DNA of 64,000 nt from NCBI GenBank assembly GCA_904063045.1, contig CAJFCJ010000010.1:434001-498000 (forward strand). The letters run 5' to 3'. This stretch comes from Dimorphilus gyrociliatus. Lineage: Eukaryota > Animalia > Annelida. Below the pieces are notes generated by a model. That model was not told where the DNA came from. It made no database searches and saw only the letters and a list, made by a program, of their open reading frames with translations. Positions 54,676 to 64,000 of this stretch are shown piece by piece. Position numbers and translations under genes: made by a program. Every line of letters starts with the position of its first letter. Position 1 is the first letter of the stretch.

Positions 54676-55735
54676 GTATGTTATCTCTTGCCTTCCTACG
54701 GCGTCATATCATTTGTGTCTTATTATCTATCCGATAAAGTTTAGGAATAATAAAAATAATAATAAAAAGAATCGATATAAAGTAAAAGTTGGAGAAAAAT
54801 TGTTTGTTTCTTTATACGTAGACAAACCGGCATCTGTGACCAGCTTGAGAATTGCAGATGTTGCCGTTTTCACCGCTTTCGACTTCTTTCGCAAATTTAT
54901 TACATTCTAAGCGTTGTCCTTAATTAATTCCTGGTATTTTAAAATTACAATCCTTTCCATCGTCTGTTTTTCTCTCTTTCTCTCAATGTCTATCTTATTT
55001 TTTTTCTATTTATAACTTTCAGTAACCTCTTTTTCTCTACCTAACTCTTTTTATCTCTCTCTCGCTCTCTCTCTCTTTCTCTTACAAATCTCTCCCATCG
55101 CTACGTTTCTCAATTTCTCTTTTCCCCTCCTCCTTTCAAGTTCTGTTTTCATATCTCTTCTCCGCCTACTTTAATCTCTCTTCACTTCTGTTTCTATATC
55201 GAAATCTTTCTACCAAATATTATTTTTTATCTAAACTGCTATATATGGAAATAGGCTTATAATAAGCAGTTTGTCTAGAAAATTGCTCGGTAATTTTTGT
55301 GAGAACTTTGTGTTCGCAGGCGTATGTGTATATAAGTGTTTAGCAATTACTGAGGCAATTATATGATTATTATTAAGATACGGTGTGTACTCTTTACTCG
55401 TCTTGTCGCATTATTTGTTTTAATATAGAGTGTTTCTGAAATTGTTAATCTTTGTCTTTTCTTTTCTGGATATGTTTTTTTTTTCCAAAGTTTTTTTATC
55501 CCTTTTTTTACATTGCTGTTCACTTGAAAGAAATATGCACTTAGGATTTCGAGGTTTTAACAAAACGGCTCTTCTTAAGTTCACTATGCAGAGTACTATA
55601 TAGTCTTCTCCACATGTAACATATGCTTATACATTATACATAGATTTAATTAAATTATTAATTGAATGCTATATAATTTGGATTTACTAAGGGAATTCTT
55701 TGTTTTTTTTTTAAACATAAGAAACAGAAATAACA

Positions 55736-58700
55736 ATGAACACGGAAACTAACGTCGAACGATCATGCGGCTATGCGGTTGCAGATTTACTGCGACCAGA
55801 GAAAAAGGCTATTAATAATAACAATAATAGTAACAACAACAACAATAACAATAACGTAAATCCGGATTCTGGATTCGATGACGACTCCAGTCCGTCTAGA
55901 TCAAGAGTAATCAATGACGATGGTTCATCTGATGATTCCTATATAGAAGAGGAATTGGACGACAAACCAGAAGCGGAAATTAAACGTGCAAGAGTTGAGA
56001 ACATAATTCATTCAATGCGTACTTGTACTAGTCCGGAGAGAAAACGAAAACAGAAGCGAAAGCAGTACTGTCCTCAGCCACTGCCCCAATCAAATTCGGC
56101 TGAAATGAGCGAAAACGAAGCAGATTTTGACGAAGACGACGAAGATAAAATCAAACACTACGAAAAAGAAGCTTTGGCTGCTCAATTAAAAACTATGCAG
56201 AGCCAATTAGCTATTTTACAGGCTAGACACGATGAATTACAAACGGATTTGGAAGGAGGAGCAGTCGTTTGCGAGAAAAGGTTAGACGCGTCGCCTGCTG
56301 AATTACAGGAATTAGCCTCCGCCCTAAAGAAAGAGATGACATCCTCTTTAGAATCCGTAATTGATCAAGTCTTTTCTCAATTCGCCTCTAAGAGGAAGGA
56401 AACAGAAAAGTCCGCACCGAAGGAAACCCCGGGCGTCATAGTGTCGGCAATCAACAAAGAGAAGTCGAAGGTCGTCAAACAGAGCCCGGTGAGGGAATTA
56501 CCGGAGCGTTTATTTAATTTGGCGAGGCGGAGGAACTTGGACAAAGATAATCAAATGCAGAGGTCGGCTGTAGTGTCGACTTCTCTTTCTACAGCTGAAG
56601 TCAAACCTTTTCCCAACGAATACCGCCCGCCTTTCTTCCATGCCCCCTACTACCCATTTACTGGACCGCCACCCCCTTCGGCTCCTATGCTGGCTGCTCT
56701 CAGACAACAGTCTTTATTGGCGGCAGCCGCTGGTGAACCGGAGCAAACAGAAGCTCTACCATTAGTAACTCCAAAGAAGAAAAGAACAAAGGTAACTGAT
56801 ACCCGCCTTAGTCCAAGAAACGGTCGTGGCTTTCAAGATTCTCCTACACCTCCACCCCCCCCACCGACAGAAGAGAAAATTCATCCAGCCATCCCACCGC
56901 ACCCTATCTTCCACGGATTCCACCCGAATCCTCTGCTGCCCGTCTCCCTACCGACGTCCGTTGCTATACCGAATCCATCCCTAAACCAGTCGGACGTCTT
57001 TGCTTTCTACTCGCAACCGGAAACCCCACATTATGGAAACCCGCTTCCGGCCCAGCATCTAATGACGCCAGCGGTCAATTCTAGAAATGCTGGTTCCCCG
57101 AATACCCCTGACAGGAATCAGACATCTCCGGGCGTGCAGACTTCGAATGGAATGGACAACAGCCCTTCGACATTCGGTAATTCAGACTACGACGGCGGTC
57201 AGATATCCTTTTTCTTGCCTTCATTTGTATAGAATTTCAATTTTCTTAAAAGCTTTACACGGAATATGAGGGGAAGTAGTTGAGTTAGTGAAAATAAGAA
57301 TTGAAAAGGGAAACAAAACTATTATCGTGTCACAAAAGCAGTTTTGCTGTAGGGTTCGTTAGCGATAGCTATTCTTGACTTTAGTAACAGCTGGGACGAT
57401 GAAATTTTTTTTATTCCAACACATTATGCAGTCCTATATATCTTATAGGGGTCAATAGTGTTTATTAACTGTTACTCAACAGTATAGGGCGGGTAATAAT
57501 AATAATAAGAAAAAGGAGCGACAAAGCTATTATCGTGTCAGAAGAATCATTGCTCGGGATCGTTAAAGATCATGGCGCACGCCGCCTCGATAAGCGCGCA
57601 ATAGCCCTGAGGGTTTCTCGGGGTGGTACGGGGGGAAGGTAAGCGGGAGACGGAGCAATTGGTATAAGATAACACTGAGAAGTTGTTACTAAGCTATTTC
57701 TGGCGCTCCATAGGTGGGCTCTCACTTCCAACCGCGATTACGGTCATCCGCGTTTTTGTTTGTATCGTTACGTAAGCATAAAAGCGAACGTTATCGGCGT
57801 TGATTTACATAAATGCATATAGATGAGATTGTAAGACGCCGCAGACGGCCATCATCTTGCAACGAACTGTTCCATAATGCATGCATTAGAGAGCGATCTG
57901 GGCGCCGGGCTCTATGAATAAAGTACATGTTTACTGCCTCCTTTTTATCCGATTTGGCTTTGTGTATGCAAATTTCCGATCCTTAACCTAACGAATACAC
58001 TCAGACGTTAACTCCTATGCATCTACGAAAGGCCAAACTCATGTTCTTCTACACACGTTACCCGTCGTCCAGCATCATCAAAATGTACTTTCCAGATGTG
58101 AAGTTCAACAAGAACAATACGGCTCAGCTCGTCAAATGGTTCTCCAACTTCCGGTGAGTTTAACATTAATTTTCTTTCTCCTATATTATTTTCTATCTAT
58201 CTACTCCATTCTTCTGTAAAGCGCTTTCTTATGAATTTTTGTTAATATAAAAAAGATCAAATAGGGATACATGTACTCTCGAACACATGCCGCACGCTTG
58301 TAGACGCTATTGCTAAGATTATATGGTGTGCACGAATGTATGTAAATAATTATATCTAATATCATAAAGAGGTATGGAGTGTATATTGTGTATATACAAT
58401 CATATAGGAATATCCATAGCTATTGGTATATATCTATACAAAACCGTCCCCTTCGAGAAATCAGACGGCACTAGTGCAAACAAGATTAGCCGCGGCCCTC
58501 GTCGTACGATTGTCTTGTTTATAGACTGTTTGTGCGGCGCTTATCTGTTGACACGTTTTCTGACGAGCGGCGATATTTGTTCTACAAGAAGATAAGGTTC
58601 TTGTCTTGTGTATCTTGTGTAACTATTCAACAAAGAGAACCGCCTATGTTATGTGTGTAGGAAGATGAAAGACAAAGGAGAACGTGCCCAACAACTGCGC

Positions 58701-61700
58701 AGTCGGTCAGCGAGAATCCGCATATAAAGAGCTCGTTATAGACGTTACCTCAAACAACAAGGTGAAGTCTTTGATGGGTCTTTAGACTAATGAGCGTCGC
58801 TTTTCTGCTTTGCCTTTCGGTACAAACTGCGTGCGCTTATAAGAAGGAAATTTTTTTTCTATAGTGTTTGTCTTAACGAGCGTCACCCTTTACACTCGTA
58901 TAAATTTCATTTTCTGAACGAGAGAGACGCCTGACATTTTGACGTCGATCGTCACCTGGACACTGCTCACCTGCCGCAGCTGTCTTATTACGATGTATTG
59001 ATTCTGTGTGACTGTATGTGTGTTTGTGTATACGTCTATTTATGTATATATAACGAATATTTATATAAATTCTTTATGTCTATAAAATGTATCATAGAAG
59101 GCGTTTATTTTCTAGGCTTGGATCCACTATCTTCCTAAATATTTTTAAGTAATCCACCTTTCCATTTATTCACGAGGCGTTTAATTTAATTTTCTTAGCG
59201 TCAAAATGTTATTGACTGACTAAAGTTAATGGCAACGTGAACATCGGTTTTTATGCGCCGTTTCCCCCACCGACATAAAGCCTTAGATATATTAGTTTTT
59301 TTTTCGTTAATCACGTGATCCTTTCTTGTCATTAAATACCATTGACTGGAAGCAGTCAACGGCAACGTGGATATATAAAAAAGCTATATAAGGGAGTTAT
59401 GAGGGACAGAGTGGATCGAGTTAGGAGAAAAGAGGGACATTTCTGTGATGGATCACGTAAGATAATAAAATCTTAAAAGATTAGAAATGTGGTGAATGCC
59501 GACTGAAAAAGTTAAATCTCATATTTTATGCATGAAGAATCGTTAAGGCGAAAAGCTAAAGAGATTAGACGCCTTTAAACAGTGTGGTCTCCTAGCACAT
59601 ATTTATAAATATATATATTTATTTATATATTTATTCATATACTATTGTAGAGAGAGATATTTATTTATTTATTTTGAGAAACAGTTAAATACATAGGACG
59701 TATATCTATACAAATATATAGATAGATCTATACAGACAAATACAGATATAGATATAGATATAGATACACTTAAATAGATTTCCATATAGGATAAAGAAAA
59801 AGAAAATGATACAAAGAATATTCGTCCGTTATGACTATATTTGTATATAAGTATTAATGTCTATATATATAGTAATACGCTATTTTAAACAGTGTATGTA
59901 TACTCATATAAGACAGAACTCGTTAAAACGGAAGCCGTCTAAGGAAAATTTTGTCCGTCTCCTTGTCGAATTACGACGGCGGAAAAAAGCATTTGTCGTT
60001 GTTTGTATCTATTTTAAGACTTTTTACATGCAACGCATGGACGCCGAACGACCGTCTGTGTGTGTTTTGCTGTCGCGTGGCATTAAGTCGAGAGACGGTT
60101 GACGTGAAGGACGCTCGGGGACATTAAGACAAACTTAGTCTTCTACTTGACCGTATAGCTTTTGTCAAGAGACGCTGTCTCGGCTTATAGTATATAAACA
60201 CGAACAAATAAAACAAAACAGAACTGTGCCCCGTCTCTCCTTACAAACCACAGCAGAAATTGTCACCGCGGGCGTCTAAAGCGTCTACTAATTGCGTGTC
60301 AAGAAGCGTCTATCGGCGCGTTATGCGAACCGCTAATTTGTCTTATGTTTGCCGTCACGCGGCTTAATTTGCATAATTCACCGACATAAGGACGCCGTTC
60401 TATTGTGCATGCGCGTCTTGATCAATTATGAATTGGTTCGCTCGACGTTTTTATTCTTTTTCTTTCTTAATACTCGCTCTCTGCAAGCTGGTTGTGAATA
60501 TTTCATTAACATATATGTTCTTATTGTCGTCCATACATATCCGTAGCAAGCTATAATCTTATGCGCTTATTAATATTCATACAGTAGCCGCTATAGCATT
60601 TTGCACACAAAAATAATTTAAGATGTAGGATTATATTCACATTATACGTAGTTTATAGCCACATACACTTAAGTACTGACTACATAGGACTATCGGAAAA
60701 AATGTGTGTATACATGTATCCCTATTTCAATTACGGCTTTTACAAAGCAAACACGCGGCAGGCTTATCGCCTCTCGCTAATTACAAACGCTGACAAACTA
60801 TACCGTCGACTCTTATCGGCCGCCGCCTTTGAAAACTGAAGCCGAGCTAGCACTTTTCTTTCAAAACGAAACGTGCCTCTGCATGTTCCGTTTTTCTGCA
60901 TGACATTTCTTGTTTGTTTTTTTCACAGAGAATTCTACTATATACAAATGGAAAAGTACGCTAGGCAAGCCATCTCGGAGGGTATATCGAATGTGGAAGA
61001 TCTGCACGTAAACCCTGATTCAGAACTGTTCCGAGTTCTTAATCTGCACTATAACCGGAATAATCAAATCGAAGTGAGTTTCGTATTGATAAGAACCTCA
61101 AGACCTTTCAAGTCTCGCCTTTGCCTTTTGAAGTCTGATTCCTGCCGCCCTTTTGTATACAGTATACTTCCGAGCCGATTATAACCGGCCAGATGCTCAT
61201 TGAGGTGTTTCTCGGCGTCACGTGATTACTTTCTAGGCTAACGGGTTTACTCAGTTAAAAGAAAAAAGGGGAGGGAGGGAATCCTACGCATCATTTATTA
61301 TTTATCGTTTTTATTTGTACATTTGTTGCCTTTTTCTTTCCCTCATCTCTTTCTAACACAGTCATCAAGCACGCAGACACTCTCTCTTCCGGCCACCGCC
61401 CATGCTGATTTCCCTTCATAAGAAAGTGTAATTTAAGATTCTTTCTAGAATCGAATCGCCGTCATGAGACTGTCACTTTATCCAATAGATCACGCGACTT
61501 GTATGATCTACCTCAATAGGCTTATAATTTTTCACGTGATGCTCCCCACCGTCTCGCGTCGCGCACGTGATCACGTGACTGCTACACCACACCTGAACGG
61601 AAAAATGAAATATTATCGAACGAGCAACTCGGGCGGCACTTAGACGCGGAAATTTGTCGGCAAATATAAGACGGCGGAATCGACTGAGTAAACGACAACA

Positions 61701-62215
61701 ACGAAAAAAAAAATATATATACTCTCTCTGCATGCATATCTAATATTTATAATAATCGCTTAAGCATGCAGGAAACGCGAGTTATTAAAGCTATTAGACA
61801 GCAATTTACGCGCCGGCTGAAAAAATGGCAAAATTACAGCGGAGGCGCCGGCGCCGATTTTTTTTATTTTTTTTTACACGAATACAACACTCCTCGCGAG
61901 TTAATTACGTATTTATACACGTTAGAAAGTAGTTACAGGCGTTACAAGGCGTCCATTATACTCTTATTCTTTTTCATTTATAATTAACAAGTTTTTTGCT
62001 TTTTTTATCCCTTCGATTTAAAATAGGTACCCGAAAAATTCCGGGAAGTCGTACAACAATCCCTGAGAGAATTCCATAAGTCAATTATGACCGGTAAAGA
62101 CCAGGAACAATCATGGAAGAAAGCAATTTACAAAGTTATTCAACGAATGGACGAAAGTATACCCGAATATTTTAAATCTGTAAATTGGATGGATCAACTA
62201 AACGAAAGAGCGTGA
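55736..62215 (+). CDS. pros: Prospero/PROX homeodomain transcription factor (4 coding exons)
   Basis: KRARVENII and [26 protein letters not shown] motifs, and the homeo-prospero domain [22 protein letters not shown]...KWFSNFR|[14 protein letters not shown]...NRNNQIE|VPEKF...[10 protein letters not shown]. Exons are 55736-57202, 57999-58153, 60930-61075 and 62027-62215 (approx.). Confidence 0.96.
57203..57998 (+). other. U12-type (minor spliceosome) AT-AC intron in prospero
   Basis: Donor ATATCCTTTT at 57203, branch site TCCTTAAC at 57980-57987 and AC acceptor at 57997-57998. The phase-0 join gives DGGQ|[15 protein letters not shown]. Confidence 0.9.
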
Positions 62216-64000
62216 AAAGTGAAACATGTCTCCTTTTTTCTTGACTCTGATTTGTAAATGTATAAAGTGTGCGGTTATTTTTTTGGGTGGTGTTTTATTA
62301 TAATTTCTATTGTTTTTTAATTATTATATTTTTTTGTGCATGCTTTTGTTATAAATACTCGAATTGCTATATATTGTATAGATACATATATATATATAGA
62401 AAGAAAGAGAGAGAGAGAGAGAGACAGAGAGAGCGGCATATATATATATGCATATTACACATAGACATTTTAAGTAAAAACTTTTTAAATATATGTATAC
62501 TGTGTGTATATGTCTTATATGATCGTTATCAGGAATGAAAATAATCTATATCAAATTGTAGAACTTAATTTTTTGGGTGGGTTTGCATCAATTTGCATAT
62601 TTTTTATTTTTTAGGTGCTTTTATAAATATATATATATACTATATATATTCAATTTAAAAATTATTTATATATATATATGTATTTATATTTATGTATATA
62701 ATAATGCATGTTTGTTTTTTTTTCATTATATATATCTATAGATACATATATATATATATATATACATATATATGTATGTATGTTATAAAGAAAACAAATA
62801 CAAGAATTTTTTCTCCTAATATATATATAAAGAGGCGAAAATACAACAAGGCCGACGTTTTACAACGCAGCTGTCCGGATCAAGCGTGCGTCACGTCGCG
62901 GATTAAGAGATTAGTAGAAGGTGGGCGTCGGCCGTCATTTATGCAGGCCTATTATAGCGTCTATTTATCTCTTATATAATGTACTACATGTGTATATTTA
63001 GATTGAAATTTTATAAGTAATGTGTATATTTAGATTATACAGTATATATATATATATATACGATTATAAATATATAACTACGCAAAAGCAAATACGCTAC
63101 ATGGAATATATGAAAAAACAACCCACGCGCACGGAACGCCTGGAAATTGTATATACACAAATAGAAAATGGGGCGATTTCAATGCAAACACGACATTTGG
63201 CGGCGACGTCTTGAACAATAGCCGTTCATCCGTCTTGAGTGGTCAGTTTTGCGCGTCGAACGCATCTGCTGCTCATTCTAGGAACGTCGCACCTGGCCGC
63301 ATTGTGACGTAACGACTACGCTCCGTTTGTTTTGGAATAATGTTCCATTTTCTTCCATTAAGTCGACTGTATATGTATATGCATAAGGATAGAGGGGAGC
63401 AAAGAGAGAGAGGGAAACGAAAGGCGGGGACACAAACAATGGAAAGGGTAAAAGAAAAACAATTGCTTAAAATATTCTTAATTGCTGGGATTATAAATAG
63501 CACAGCAGCGAGTGTTTACGATTATTAGAGACAACGAAATCTCATTAGGAAAGAAATTCTCCTGAAGGACATTTAAATATTTATCTATTTTATGTTTTTA
63601 TTAATTTTCTTTGAAATTTTTATAAGTTTAGAAAATGTTGTAGTATCAAGATTTTAAATTTTCATCCATTGTCCCCTCTTACTCGCATTAAAAAAGAAAC
63701 AATTATAAATATATTAAAAATATATAAAAATGAATATTCATTAATTAGAACAGGTACACTTAAGCATAAATTCACTATGTGTTTTAATTAGACTTTAAAG
63801 AATAGAGTATTAATTGAATCATTTATATAAAAAAATTTCTTTTTTACGACAGTTTTACTCTTTTTCACATTTTTCGTGATAATATTCTATGGAAAACATA
63901 GAAAGATACAGAGAACATATGTATATAAATTTGGATATATATTTATTTATCAGTCTAATCTCTTACAACTCAATCGTGTTTAATTTCAAAACGCCTAACC

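Overview
Eukaryotic (metazoan) genomic DNA: AT-rich, gene-dense, with many short introns of about 45-100 nt. The ORF track mostly shows exon fragments, so I assembled genes by hand from splice sites and reading frames. In order: SLC6 transporter (3' end off-window), ING1/2-like, a degenerate UDP-glycosyltransferase, a myosin with a C-terminal SH2 domain, ovo/OVOL, a C2H2 zinc-finger gene, two tandem paralogous secreted helical proteins, a helicase-less DEAH/RBR E3 ligase, NFXL1, dispatched, LONRF and prospero. The compactness and gene content suggest a small-genome spiralian such as the annelid Dimorphilus (inference, not confirmed). The main novel signal is in dispatched: two introns lack a GT donor (GG-AG and GA-AG). 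They share a 5' motif, GRACGTGATTC, and each pairs with a complementary arm placed at exactly the same distance from the 3' AG. Also notable are a tandem pair of candidate four-helix cytokine-like proteins and a U12-type AT-AC intron in prospero. No CRISPR arrays, rRNA or tRNA genes, or transposase genes were recognised.
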